Positions 14,600-28,244 of a stretch of 64,000 bases of DNA are shown one piece after another. A program made the position numbers and the translations under genes. The stretch is taken from the NCBI GenBank assembly GCA_017499595.2, contig CM039000.1, positions 806,001-870,000 on the forward strand, read 5' to 3'. This DNA is from Psilocybe cubensis. Lineage: Eukaryota. The notes beneath the pieces are model-generated. The model saw only the letters and a program-made list of their open reading frames with translations. It was not told the origin of the DNA and ran no database searches. Each line of letters opens with the position of its first letter. The first letter of the stretch is position 1.

Positions 14600-17400
14600 G
14601 CGCTGTACCTTGTTAGGCTACTAGTTACTTTGAGAGATTATTATCGGAGATACAATCGAGAGTAGCAAGTGCTGCGACTCCATGACAAACCTGAAAAGTG
14701 GAAATAACTCAGTATGTAAGTGCCAAGAATTGGCTTTACGTTGAATCATGCGAACATTGTGAAAAACAGGATCGACACGGTGACCGTCTGTGACCATATC
14801 GGCTACAATTGATAGTTATGTTCTGCAGATCATAGAAGTCAATGCACTATGTGGGGGGATTCATGACAATCACTCCCAGACTGCGCAGTGAGGTTCTCTG
14901 TATGAATAGAAGTCCATCAATCCGTTCGATCCTTGCTATCGACGCCATGGACCTTCGTTTTCTCCGTTAGTGTTCATCAGAATATTTTGTAAACACATAA
15001 AACAATAAACGAGATGTCAACGAAACTGTCAGTCACTAAGAAGCCAAAATCCATATGTAAAGATTCGCACTTCACAGTAATGTTGCTTCGTATCTGATTC
15101 AGCAGGATAAGTAACATTCACAGGTAGGAAAATATCATCAAAATTTAGTCAGCCATTAAAACATATTCGGATATTGAAAGTAGACTTACTGACTCTAATT
15201 TTTACAGTTTCAAAGTTGGGAATTCCGAATGTAGTAGTTGTGTATCCAGAAGCAGGTCTTTATGTAATTAGACGCCGGTGACCAAAGACCAAATATGCAC
15301 ATTCATAATCAAAAATTTCATCGATCATTTATTAGAAACGCCTTAAGTTTCTTTAGTCTAAACCTTTCTTTCGTTCATTGGCGTACAGAAATTAGCCGGA
15401 TGTCCATCCCCCTATTCTCTCAGCTCTCCTATACCTCGTTCATGCTCACCAACTTCGTCCTCCATTTCAAGTTCCCGGAGATCGATTTTGGGGTTCATAA
15501 CTAGGCCGTCTGAGAAGCCGATTGGGATTTTTATGGCCCATCGATTACTTTGATTTGTTTAGCTGGTTGCTCTTCGTGAAGGTTTTTCTAGACAAATATA
15601 AATTTCAAATTGTGGAATTTGTTTAGTCTAGTCTCCCTAAGTCTGGGCACATCAATGATGCCTAGAGCTTCAGTGGTTCTTGGCAATAGATCGACTGCAG
15701 GCATATGCAGGATCGATTGTGTCCAACGAGTATGGTACCACTTTTTGGGCCCCCTCCTCAGTTGTGGCACCTACTTGAAGTCAATCCGGAAATGTTGGCT
15801 TGTTTTGAAGATGTTTGGCGCACTTCGATTGAGTGGTTCTAACTTTAGTTGTAGGAATAAGTTTATTCATAAGTACTCTTCATATCCTTTTCTATGTTAA
15901 AGACTTGATACGAAGCTTTTGAGATTGATAAGATTGGTCCTCGATGATTTACACATCGTTGAAAAATAAGAATACACGTTTTCATTGAAATACCAATTGC
16001 TGGCCTCATGACCCACCAGATATACTTCATCGAAAGTTTCTACAGTCATGCAAAAGGGATAAGCGGTCATCATCAGCCATCTTCGTACCAACGTTCGATG
16101 TCGAGAATGGATAATTAGTCAGACAGTGGAGGTGCGCCACCGTCGATGAGGCGTAGATGGCAAATGCGCTGCCGTTACTCAGTGCAGGAATGACCCCTTG
16201 AATCCTCTCGGGCGCGGGTAGAGACTAAGCTGGAGATATCTTAGTAGAAAGCATCGTACAGGAGGCTTCCTGGCTGTAAACCGTGACAATCAATTTTTTT
16301 GACTTGTCTTCATTCCAATCGAGCATTTTCTATAGCAGTGTTTCTTGTCGAGCATCACTTTTGGGGTGAAATACTTATAGGCGACTTTTAAAGACTGTAT
16401 TAATATCAGGATCAATATGAGTATCACAGTGTTATGTTATGTACAGAGCTCAATAGCGTTAAATGACAATCCTGTGAGAAGACAAATTAGCGATTATGTG
16501 AGTTATGTCGCATTTAGTCATATTTGAGACCTGGCTACTCCTATATTATACGCACGGGAGCAGGCCGCTTCAATTCTAGTTTTAAATGAAAGCGTATGCG
16601 TAAATGAATAATGACTTTAATCTACCTGATGTTTAACACAATTGCCCCGCTATTCCGAACGTTTCTGACACACCATGTCACTAGTAAGTACACTGACTAG
16701 TGCCAGTGGGTCCCTATAAGCCTAAGCTTACAGCGCAATTGTATACTTCCAAAGCATATGAATAGCAATTCCAAGCTTCCCTACCAAAATCGGGTAAATT
16801 AGTACAAAGGCTGGACTGGTGCCAATGTTAGTTCTAATTTTAGCTCATTCTCGGTCCCGCGGTCAATGCTAAAAATATCACACCGGCTATTGGGTGCATC
16901 CCGCACAGACCGGACTGGACTTGTATTATTTTATCTGAAAGACAACAGAACCAAAACAGAACGCCTTCGCGAAAGGCCGCAATGGCTCTGAAGGTTGGAA
17001 CGAAGACTTGTAGTGGAAGGTACTTGGTTATGGATGATCGTTGTAAAAGCAACATACTTTAAATAAGCTGAGTAGAATTGGGAGTAAGTAGAGTTCTAGG
17101 TCGACGGTCGATAAGCCGCAGTCTTTTATTCGTCGCAGAGATAGCTTAGCGGCCGAGTGAGAATAGATGGATCCAAAGACGGCAGCTACTGAAAAACATT
17201 GATACTACGCGTTATCGAGAATCCCTACGAATAAGTGTTACCATATACGTAGTCTGCAGGCCAAAATCATCACGCCCGGTATCAAGACTATATCCCGCAA
17301 AAAATTCGTCCTGACCAAGAATATCGCATCCACCTCCAGCTCCACCAACTCTTGTCCTAGTCTCCCGCGAGTGTGGCATTTTTTTCCAAATGATAGAAGG
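14600..17400 (-). pseudogene. Possible decayed F-box-type gene
   Basis: Segment RLGQELVELEVDAI...ILACRL loosely resembles the agaric F-box LPQELxDxI...LxACxL. Many in-frame stops downstream; intron-like signals at 14690-15190. Boundaries approximate. Confidence 0.25.
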
Positions 17401-20400
17401 TCTAGTACAATGTGGGTCGCGCGGTTCTCGAACTCAGGGATCATTCGCTGCCTTCGGGCCTGATTCGCACGTCCATAAAATTCAATTCTTCGATGGACGA
17501 AGATGTCGGACGTGCCGCCGGGACTCCTTCCAGCGAGGACGCATAGCCAAGTAGCCGGGCCCTTAGAAGGGCTTCTATAGAGCATCCGAAGGACTTGGGA
17601 ATCGGGATAGCATACGATAATCATATCTATACCTCTCCAAAATCCGACTGAATTGCTGAAGAAGCCTTTGTTTTCTCTGTGGAATCAGTTCGCTGAAATG
17701 TTTCGGCCATGGGGACGCCTCAGGGTTGACCAGCGTCTGAAAACACAGACTTGCGAGCTTGTGGTGTGTACTCACATGTTCATTCATAGCAGCGTAGTCA
17801 CTAGACCTCCCTACGGTGTGTGTGATCACTAGAAACATGATAATTAACACCTTGTTATCATAGGATCCTCCTCATGTTCTACGGCCGATCGTTTGTATAA
17901 CCGTATTCCAACCATTGGCCAGCGTTATCTATGAACCTGTAGCAGTGCGAAGGCTGATAAAGATGATTTCAGACGCGGCGCTAACTGACAATCCGAGTCC
18001 AAATCATTCCGCTATTCCGACGTCGAGCAACTGAAATCCCGCAACCATCGTATCGTCTGCGTTATCAGATTATCTCGTACGCTGTAGCGCGAGCCCATAT
18101 CAGCTAGGAACACTGCATTATATTAAGAACACGACTCAAGTAGGAAAGTCCGACGCGCTTCTGAAGGCTTCTGCTCTTCTATTTTGATAAAATCAGCGTC
18201 GGACCCGCGGTGGCGCTGCTTGCCACCGCCAATTCGTCGGTCCGACGCTTGCCTGCTGCAGTACTGCATGCATGTATGTATGATGCGTGGCGGGTCGGCA
18301 ACTTAACGCACAGAATCACAGAATCTCAGAGAGAGTGCGTGATAGCGAGTGGCGGGCGGACCGTCCTTTTCCAGCGTTAAACCCGTTGGTATAATTAACC
18401 TTTGACATCTGGCCAGGGTTAGCTTTTTGCGAGCCTAGTGGATGTGGGATGATGGCGGCTGGCGAGCGCGCTACTGGGGTGTTTACCGGTTCCCGGACCA
18501 TCACTCACGTTGTTGCGAGGTGCCAGTTGGTCAGAAATGCATCGGTTGTTAGTAGAAGTGATATACGTGCATACATAGTACAAGGGAGCTCACTGAGGGG
18601 TTGTGGGTCAAAGTTGATCAAGAGGTCGATGAGAAATTTCGTACACCGAGCCTGATCGTAATGCATTCACCAGCCCCTTTCTCTACTTTATTACCCCAGA
18701 GTGGGTTTGGCTGACAAGAGCCCAGAGGACAGGAGCGTAAGAATGATGACAAAAATCAAGATAGGAAGGTAAGGTTTTGCAGGTGGCGCTAGAGCATACC
18801 ATCGCTGAAGGGATTTGATAATATGTAGCATGGTCCCTGGAATGCTTGCACTCTGAATATTCTGTCTTTCTGTAAGGTCATCAGAGAATGGGTGCGTGGT
18901 GAACCGTGACATTGACACTACTGGACATCACCACCCGAGTGGACCAGCACAGCTAAGTTACTCGCACATGCTCGGACTCCGGGTTAGAAAATGAAATGAA
19001 AAGAAGAGAAAAAAATCACTAAGTCCATTGGATTAATCAACAGAGCAATCACGGGGGCTGGAGTAAACGAGCAGCTTCATACGTTGTACGTTCGGTCTCG
19101 TAAACTGTTCCCATCTTTTTTGAGCGACGGATGGAATCATGGATGACATAGGTATCGACGTAGACAACGCGGATGAATTAAGCTTTTGACGGGGAGGTAG
19201 TTGTAAGAAGCAATTGGTGGAGTCGTATAGACTACCCGCAATTGTAAGAAGTGAACAGCGTGAAGGCTGGTAGAATGAATGACAACACCGATGATCACTC
19301 AGTATATACTCTGCCTTTCATCGCTCGCGTCCAGAATAATGAATCCTGATTACCGATGACAACCACCTCGCGTCGCTTCCCCAGAGTCGTCATAAGGGAG
19401 TAAGAAAAATTGGCAAAAATATCAGAATAGAATGCGGGGTAAATACCCTCATTACGTTAATCGACAACTGTGCTCGCCTCGAGGAAGATCACAAGGCAAT
19501 CCGTATGATGCATACTCGATACCGTTTGCAATTGCATTGCCTGAAAATCCACTAAAGGCTCCCATGATGCGGGTCGTCCTTTCTGAAATGGGAAAAATCA
19601 TATCAGGCTCAGGCTCGGACGCTCTTGAGGAGCTCAGGGAAAGGAAAAATACGGTGCTAGTCGGCATTTAACACAGAACGCATTGACAAGGGAAAAAATA
19701 ATTATAAAGTCCTAGGAGTTTGGAGAAATCACGCCTTTGCCGTTTGCGGAGACATAACCGCGCGGATTTAAGACCGCGCCCATGATATGATAAGCGCGTA
19801 TGAATTGCGATTGTACTGTGCAGGACGCGACGATTCACCCTACTAGATTGGGAGACACGATTGCGGGCCCGAGTCGACACGCGCATTGGATTTTCGCTCG
19901 AACGCTGGACTAGGCGCCGGAGGGGACGCTAGTACGGCGCGACAGAGGTCGGGTCAGGTCCCACTGTCCCAGTAAGGACTCGAGCGAACCATAAACGTCC
20001 GGGTTCACATACGATCGGATGGTTGGGTAAGCCACTTTAAGGTTGTAGATGTGGCTGCGAAGGTGTCGTGATTGTGATCGTTGCCAGTTTCCCGGGCCCT
20101 TCGTGTGGTTTTTCTGTAATGGTGGAGCGTAGTATTTTTTTTATTGGAATTATGTCCGTCTGTGCGGTTAGCCAGAGCATAGAGAACCGAGCGGCGAGTG
20201 CGCATAGCAGAAGAACGGCACGATAGCTGCTGTAAGCGCTGATAGGACATTGCAGACACACAGTGGTATTGCTGTATTATATCGCCAAATTATGCGTTTC
20301 TCGAGATGTCATATGGCGACATCATCGATGACCTCAGGGAGGAGCAATTGTCATACATGATGGTATTGCGCGCGAAAGGTATCGCTGGCGGGCTGATGGT

Positions 20401-21348
20401 GGGTAAACGGAAGTCTGAGCCGCACTGGGGATTAGTCAAAACATAGGCGTAGTAGTTCGCACTCGGAATCGGAGGACATTCGCAAATTTGTTGGAGGCTA
20501 GGAGAGACGGAGGAGAAGCGAGGGCCCCGATGGGACAGGAACAAAGAGGAATCTCATCTTGGCGGGTCGGTGTAAATCTGAAGTGTGAGATTGGGTTTGA
20601 GAAGGTTGCCAAAAATAGAAGTATGTATACCGGGACACGTGCGGCAGAACAAGAAATGCTCGACATAAATAGTCTTGGCCACTGCGGGCTAGCCTTTTTA
20701 AATATTTGCCCTCCTTTTACGCCAGGGCCTTTTGCTGAATCTCGCCCTCCTCCTCTCCAGTCTTCGTATCTAGAAGCCTCTTCCTCCGACAGCTTCCGTC
20801 TACCTTCGCACCGGCTTCCTGCTTTCTTCGTCTCCCACACGGTACATGCCCTGTTATTTTCCCCTTTTACGCGCCGTGTGGTGACTAATTAAATGACCCA
20901 CTTTGTTATATAGACTCCTTTTCTTGTGTTGAGGCCTCTAAATTTCGTGGCCGTGCAAATACATCATTCTACTCTCATCTCTCTTTGATAAGCCTCGACA
21001 GACTATATTACCTGCGAGATATCAGGTAGACCTTATCGCCGCACAGAACATACATATGCTCTCTTGACTGATTCACATTTCCCAGTTATCTGTTGCCCGC
21101 CTTTGCCACTCCCCTATTGCCGAGGGTGGAACCACATACGCAATTACCGACGCGGTTTCGTTTGAAGTAAACAACTATCAAACCCTTATAGAAACGCCCG
21201 GTATCAATTCCTGATATCCCAATCCATTCGTATCAACACAGTAAGCGATCATTTTTGTGCAAGGCCAGGGTCAGCCACATTATATTTACTCGACCCACAG
21301 TTTTTTGCGTTTTTTCTTCGTCCAGGATCCATCCCAGCGGGCGTTTAG

Positions 21349-23987
21349 ATGATTGCTACAATTACTGTCCAGTCACATACGATGTCTCAAACCCAGGACC
21401 ATCGTTTTTCGCTCAATTCGAATACGGCTGGGGCGCCTCTACCACTTATTCCTCGTCGGACATCATCGAGTCGACCCACGCTCACACCATCACCGTCGTT
21501 GCCTCTTCCCACTCGCAGTTCCCTGACATCTTCTGCATCATACCCGTCGAGCTCAATAACGTTCTCGCCAGGCGGCGGCGGAGCGCGATACCCAGCGCGC
21601 AACGACTCTGATTCAAGTTCTTCAAGCTCGAGTCCCTCAGATGGAACACGGCCTACAATTCGCACACGACGAGTTCGCGGCGTGCGGAATCCAGCCGTCT
21701 GCGCAGCGGAATTGTCCACGCCCGTTCCCAAGCAGTCCCCGGTGACGACGCCCGCTCACCCACAGAAAGGCGTCGCGTTCCCGTCCGCCGACAGCGCGAG
21801 CAACAAGCCTCCGCACGCGGGCCCCTCGCGCCCTCTGCTGTACACTCCTGGGATGTCTCTGCGCTTGTGTGCGGAGAGTCTCAAAGCGCCACGGAACGTC
21901 TCAGAATCGCATGTCTCACACCCGGGGGAGACCTCTGCCCAGGGTGCCCAGTCCGCGTCCGCCTTGTGCGAGTCGTTCGGGGAGGCCAGGCTTATTCGCA
22001 AAAAGTCTGGTCAGCTGGTGAAGTCGTCGCTCAAGTCGTCGCGGTCGGCGTCGCGGAACAACCTGTCTGTGTTCACGTTCCCGCAATCGAGCAAGAGCGA
22101 GCCGACGACGCCGACGAGCAAGGCGGTCCACTTTGACTCGAAGCTGGAGCACGTCAAGCTGTTTTTGGCGGAGCAGAAGCCGCTTGCTGTGTCGCGCGAC
22201 GGGAGCCCGACAGACGACACGAGCGGGACGGACAGCGACTTTCCGAGATTCATATATGGGGACGAGGAGGACAGGCGCCCGCGGAAGAAGCTTGTGATGC
22301 AGGTGGCGAACATGCCGGCGAGGATAAATCCATATTCGGATGTGGCGCTTGAGGAGCTGACGCTTTCGGGCGATGGCTCGAGCATTTATGGAAAGGTCCG
22401 CGTCCGCAACCTCGCCTTCTCAAAATGGGTCGCTGTCCGCTTCACCTTTGACGCCTGGCAGACCACCAGCGAGGTAACTGGCAAGTACTGCGACTCGGTC
22501 GATTCCGATTTTGACCGTTTCTCCTTCACCATCCGCTTGAATGATCTTCTGGCCCGCATTGAAGGCAAGACCCTCGTGTTGGCCGTCAAGTACTCGATCG
22601 AGGGCAAGGAGATGTGGGACAACAATAACGGCCAGAACTACATGGCCACTTTCACAAAGACAAAGGCGACGCCCCCGCCGTCCGAGGAGCCCCGAGCGAC
22701 ACCCCCGCCGAGAAAGACGACGCTCTCCGACGACGAGGCGTCCACCGACATGGCTGACCTGCGGAGCAAGCTCGAGAAGGTCGTCCAGAGCAACGACCGT
22801 CGGCCGCAGGTCCCCGCGTCTGCAGACGCGACGCTGTCCTCGTTCCGCGGGAGCTCGTCGTTCGCGTCTCGCTACGACATCTCCGCTTCACTCAAAAGCT
22901 CCTGGAACCCCGAGCACCAGGCGCAGCCGCTCCATAGCAGGACCCAGTCTTTCCCTATTTCGGCCGCGTCGAGGAGCAGCAGCAGCTCGATACCCTGGCC
23001 CCAGAAGAGCCCTTCGGATCCGTACGCGTTCAGACACGCCGCGCCGCACCATCCAGCTGCATACTCTACCCCGGCCCCAATCAAAAGCAAACCCGCCGCC
23101 AACCTCGGTTCGCCGCGGGATATCGGCGAGGACGCGTTCTGCACTGTGCCCCCGCGCCAGAACTTCGAGTACGAAGACGCGCCGTTCCCCGTGCAGCAGC
23201 CGCGCCCGGTGCGGAACCACCAGCGCGGGTACTTTGATATATCCATTTCCCCATCGCCTTCGTTTGTGAAGCGCACGCCCCCCGGCACACCTCGCGAGCA
23301 CGACGAGCTCTTTGTATCCTCGCCGCAGCGATACAACTCTTTCCCGCCGCTGGAGCCTTCCAGGAATGTGCTGCCGCCCAGTATGTCGGCGCTCTCCTCC
23401 GCGGGATTTAGGGGTGTGTATCGGGAGGATGTGGTGGATAGCGAGCTGTCGACGCCGTCGATGGCTACGCCGTCGTCGTCGCGCGAATCGACGCCTTCGC
23501 CTACGGAGATGTTCGGTAATGAGTCCGAGACTGGGTTGAGTCCTGATACCCACTATCGCCAGTTCTTGAACAAGTGCGTTCCTTTTTTGCTTTTCTTATC
23601 ATTTCACATTCTTGTGTTTTTTTACCGGGTTCTAATTCTTGTGATAGATTCTGCTTCTTCACAGGACCGGACGTTGCGGTAAACCCACAACGCCAACAAC
23701 AACACCAACGACAACAACATCAACAACTCCAGCGGGTGGAAGATGCCGAACTGATCCCACGCACACATTCAGCATCGGACATTGAAGAGTTCCTGTCATC
23801 GCTGCACACGCTGGCGGACGACGAGCCGGTATCGATATCGCCGATCCGGTCGTCCAGTCTGGATGACCTTTATTTGAATTCGAACCGGAGTGGCTCGATT
23901 ACGCCGACGGTGTCGAGGTTGGCGATGGCGAATTCGAATTCGAATTCGAATTCGGTGGCGCAGATGACGACGCCTGTGCTTTTGTGA
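21349..23987 (+). CDS. Protein phosphatase 1 glycogen-targeting regulatory subunit (CBM21 domain, Gac1/PPP1R3-like)
   Basis: RVxF-type motif KAVHF, LEHVKLF, CBM21 motifs GKVRVRNLAFSKWVAVRFTFDAW and WDNNNGQNY. Intron 23574-23648 joins to the FCFFTG exon. Confidence 0.9.
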
Positions 23988-24229
23988 TTTGTGGGTCCTG
24001 GGGATAGATTTGGATTGCTTATTGCTATTGCTATTGCTTCGGAGAGGAACTGGATACGTTTTTTTTCCTTCTATATACCTGGCTGCCTACACTTTCGGAC
24101 TTTGCTTGCTGCCTGCCTGCCTGCTCGCTTGCTTTTGTCCCACCCGCCCCGCCCCGCCCCGCCGATTATCATGCCCTATAACCTATAAACTGGAGGAATA
24201 TCGCACGCCCTTGATCTTTTTTTCATCAT

Positions 24230-25070
24230 CATCATATCCATTTCTTTTTTCTTTCTTCTTTCTTTCTTTTTTCTTTTACTATACATCTTTACGTTCTATA
24301 TCCCCCCCTCCCCTCTCCCTTGCCAATCTCACTACCGTATATGTATATATATTATATATTCCCTTTTTATTATCTTCTGCGGTTTCTTGCTTGTTGGATG
24401 GATTTTTCTTTCTTTCTTCTTCTTCTTCCTTTTCTTCTTCTTCTTCTTTTTCTTTTTCTTTTTCTGCTTTTCCTTATTCTTGTGGCGGGTTTTTGCATGC
24501 CGTTGCCTGCGTCTGGATCGGATCGGTCGGGTTTGTTTCGAATGTGTTTCTGCCCATTATCCACACCATCCATCCCCCCCCCTCTCCTCATCACCGAAAA
24601 AAAAATACAATGCATGCACAGCACGACGCGAGATGACGGTGACGGTGACGGTGACGATGACGATGACGCCGACGAGATGACGACAATAACAAAGATGACG
24701 CCTTGACGGCTTGAAGACTTGACGATGACGCAAATGTAATCTGACGCCGGTTCCGTTCCATCCATCCATCTATCCATTTGAGAGGCTTTTCCAGGCTCTG
24801 CATTACATCACATCCTTGCATCTTTAACCACTTCATTCCATCGTCGGTATCGTCGCGTACCCGACCGACTCACCGACTACTTGGGCTTGGGCGTTGTCTT
24901 GGGCGTTGTCTACTCGTCTCCTTTTTATGGACCTCAAGTCTCGAATATTGGATGGATCGCTGCTTGGACAATGTCATTGGGACGTACATCATATTGCGCA
25001 GCTTTTTTTCTTTCTTTTTTTTACTTTTTTTTTCTTGCCTTCTCCTCCTCCTCCTCCTCCTCCTCCTCCT

Positions 25071-25102
<32 letters not shown>

Positions 25103-25620
25103 TCATTGCGGACTTCTCCTCGCGGCCCTCCTCCTCGTGGCCTCCTCCTCGTCACCGCCTCCCCGAAATCTGCAATCTGAATACGCAATACGCAATCCGT
25201 AATCAGCAATTCACAATCCGCAACCCGCAATACGCAATCTCAAATGTGTCGCGACTCTCCTGCATCCTCCCATCCCCCATCTTCCATCTCCCATTTGCCA
25301 TCTGCCATCTAATATTTATTTTTATTCAATCTGTTTGGTTTGTTAGGTTTTGTTTTGTGTGTTTGGTTTGTTGTATGTCACCACCCCCACCCCACCCCCG
25401 GGCAGGAGGTCGATTTTAGTTTCGGCCGGTCTGCATGCTCCCTCTTCTTTTTTTTTTCCTTTTGTGTGTACTATTAGGTTTAGGTTTGCATTTATCCCAT
25501 CACCACCCACCATTATCCATTATCCACTTTTATCTATTTTATCCATCATCATCATACATCTTTGGTATTTTACAATTTGTGTTTTTCTCATCCTCCTCAT
25601 CTTCTTGATTCAGAGCTTCT
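24230..25620. repeat. Low-complexity / compound microsatellite tract
   Basis: (TTC)n near 24415-24450, (GACGGT/GAT)n near 24630-24700, (CCT)n(CAC)n(CAT)n near 25040-25105. Confidence 0.85.
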
Positions 25621-28166
25621 GAGCTCGGATGTTCGAGAATCCTCGTCAGAATATACATTCACGTTCACGGTCATGATTATTTTATGTTATATATACGAAG
25701 TATTTTACGTTCCTGACTGCATGCGCGTGTGTTGACGAATTCGAATGACGAATGACAATGTGTTTATTGCTGTATAGTGTAAGATGCTTTCAAGTTGTTC
25801 AAGTTAGCGTTGTCGGCCGGCGTCGATTACTCCCATCAAAATTCGATCTCCGATTCATTTTGTGCATACGCACATATTCAAAAAAAAAAAAACCGGAACA
25901 TTGTATCATAAGGTATGCTCACTTTGCACGGTCCTTCTAAGAATTCTTACAATATGCTACAATTTTACTCCATTTATTTTAATAGAATACATGGCAGTAC
26001 AAACTGTTCACAATCCTATAATCCGTGTTCTACTGTCTATCCAACAGCAACCAATTATTGTGGGAATTTATAAGGACGGGAATAAGACGGCAAACCGCGA
26101 AAGAGGGCCAATTTCTCATATCTTCTCGAAGTCCGAAAATGAAGAATTGTGCTTGATACCTAGTTTGACTCGTTTTGTGACGTTGCCGTCGCACGTTTGC
26201 TCATTCAAGCTGATGCGCCACTATGCATCCTTCTCTTCGCATTACCCATCGATTGACATATGGACGGTGCTCGTAATTGTGGAAGGATCGACAGTCGTTG
26301 ATTCGCTGGCATCACATCAAGGTCGCTGGAAGAACTGTGTCTACTTCGCTTTCTAAGTGCTCACAAAGGGTCATACGGTTTACCTACCTAATTTTGGTGC
26401 CGCTCCACCGATGCCGACGTTGCTTTTCAAGAGGGAATGTTATCGCGTCTGAGCGTTGAAGGGCCGCTGTCGCGCTCAATTCGGGGGCCGATCTAGTGCC
26501 TACCCGTATTATACTTTTAGTACATACAAGTCAGCAAAAACATGGGGTAAGTAATTGAACAGGACACGAACGGAGCATTGAGCATGCCAAAGTAAGTGCA
26601 TCACAGAGCTTTTGGTATATTCACATCTACTCAATTATGCATTCCAGTCAAATGCTGTACTCCACGTTTAGCGAAGGCAAAAGCGCTGCCAAGCTCTTTG
26701 AAAAGATAGAACAATCTAAATTGGATGTCTTTCTAACTTCACGATGCAGAAGGACAAGACCAAAAAATAAGTGCGTAGCTTTATCCATAGGATCCAGATA
26801 TGAGTTTCGATTGTCGAGGCTTACAAGGAATATAACATTGATATATTTTCTCATACACGTGTTATCGTAACGTAGCTTAATAACCAAAGATGTGGATAAC
26901 TGACTCACATTTATCAACGTCAGAGGAGAGAACATGTGGCTGAGTAGCCCCTGGAACAATCTTGCTGTCAAGTACCGTCTTGTAGAATACACTTACCGAC
27001 GAGGAAACGCAGCCGCAGAGAAAACATTGCCCGCCCAAGTTACAATTGATAAGTGGATATTGATCAGGTCCCAGATCATAATATTAATCAGACATCCAAG
27101 ACAAGCGGCATGGAAGCATTGCCAAAGGCGAAAGGTTACTCCAAGCCGTTAATGTAAACGAGAAGACCGAATCTCCGACAGAGTATCTACGATGTTGATT
27201 AATTGTTCAACTAACTTGCTTGTATATTCGACGCCCACTTTGAATTGGGAGCGTTATGGTCCTTGTAAGTTTAAAAAAACAAGTGAAGAGCAACAATATA
27301 CTGTCATTGAAAATAAGATGATTTGAATTTGAATGCGGGGCTTGTTTAATTTGATTAACGTACCCGAGGGCGAGAATTGTGATATTCATAGACTTCTTAG
27401 CACAAATGACAAAGGTTTCATTCAACAATGCACATTGACAACTTCAGGGAACAGGTCACGGAACTGCCCCACCTTCTAGATGCCAAATTTAATGGGAAGA
27501 ATAGTAGCTTTTAAATTGACAAGAAGCACATCTATCATGATATCACTAGCCCATTAGGCCGAATCACCGAAGTTTGTAGAAGAGCGTCCCTTTGCATTCC
27601 AAGTTGACTCAATGTATCAACATGAATCTGATAGAAAAATAATAGAAGACAATTGATTCACAGTATTACATAGTGTTATTTTTAGCTTTGAAGTACTATC
27701 AGACATTCATTTCAACGTGAATAAGGCGGACCAAAACCATTGTATGAGTTTTTTCTCGAGCAGGCTATCCCTGGAGCAAGACGAATGTCACCAAGCACCG
27801 GATATCTCCTGTTGACTATTCTCTTTGTACATTTTACAAGTCTTGCTGGAATGGAGAAAAAACGCGGCAAGCAAATCTTCCTCAGCAAACCTGGTATTTC
27901 TCTTGGACAATCTATTTATTACACCTTATTCGTTCTGGGAAGATGCAAATAAAGTCAGTTCGACCGGAACTGATCGATCACCGAAGTAGGATGGTGGCAA
28001 TATACCTTTCCCAAGGCTCCATGACAGATTGGGGCCCCAGACCTTTACAGGAATCTACTGATTCTATTACCAAACTTACTCAATTCCCAGTCACAAACAA
28101 AGCTATACCATCCCCTTTTGTATCGCTGTTCTGAGTGATGTTGAGATTAGAGATCATCGAAAAACG

Positions 28167-28173
28167 TATAAAA
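28167..28173 (+). promoter_or_regulatory. TATA box of the lectin gene
   Basis: TATAAAA 78 bp upstream of the ATG at 28245 (ACCATG context). Confidence 0.6.
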
Positions 28174-28244
28174 GGACTTTGAATTTGCTGTTGAACTTCA
28201 CTCATCCACCTGGATAGTTAAACGCATATACACTCACGATTACC

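Noticed and set aside
18691-18918. Small hydrophobic ORF (75 aa)
   Set aside because: No recognisable homology or reliable gene structure.
23989-25622. Many ORFs rich in Phe, Ser, Leu or His
   Set aside because: Translations of microsatellite and low-complexity DNA.
26200-27600. Possible decayed minus-strand gene
   Set aside because: Frequent stops and no convincing domain.
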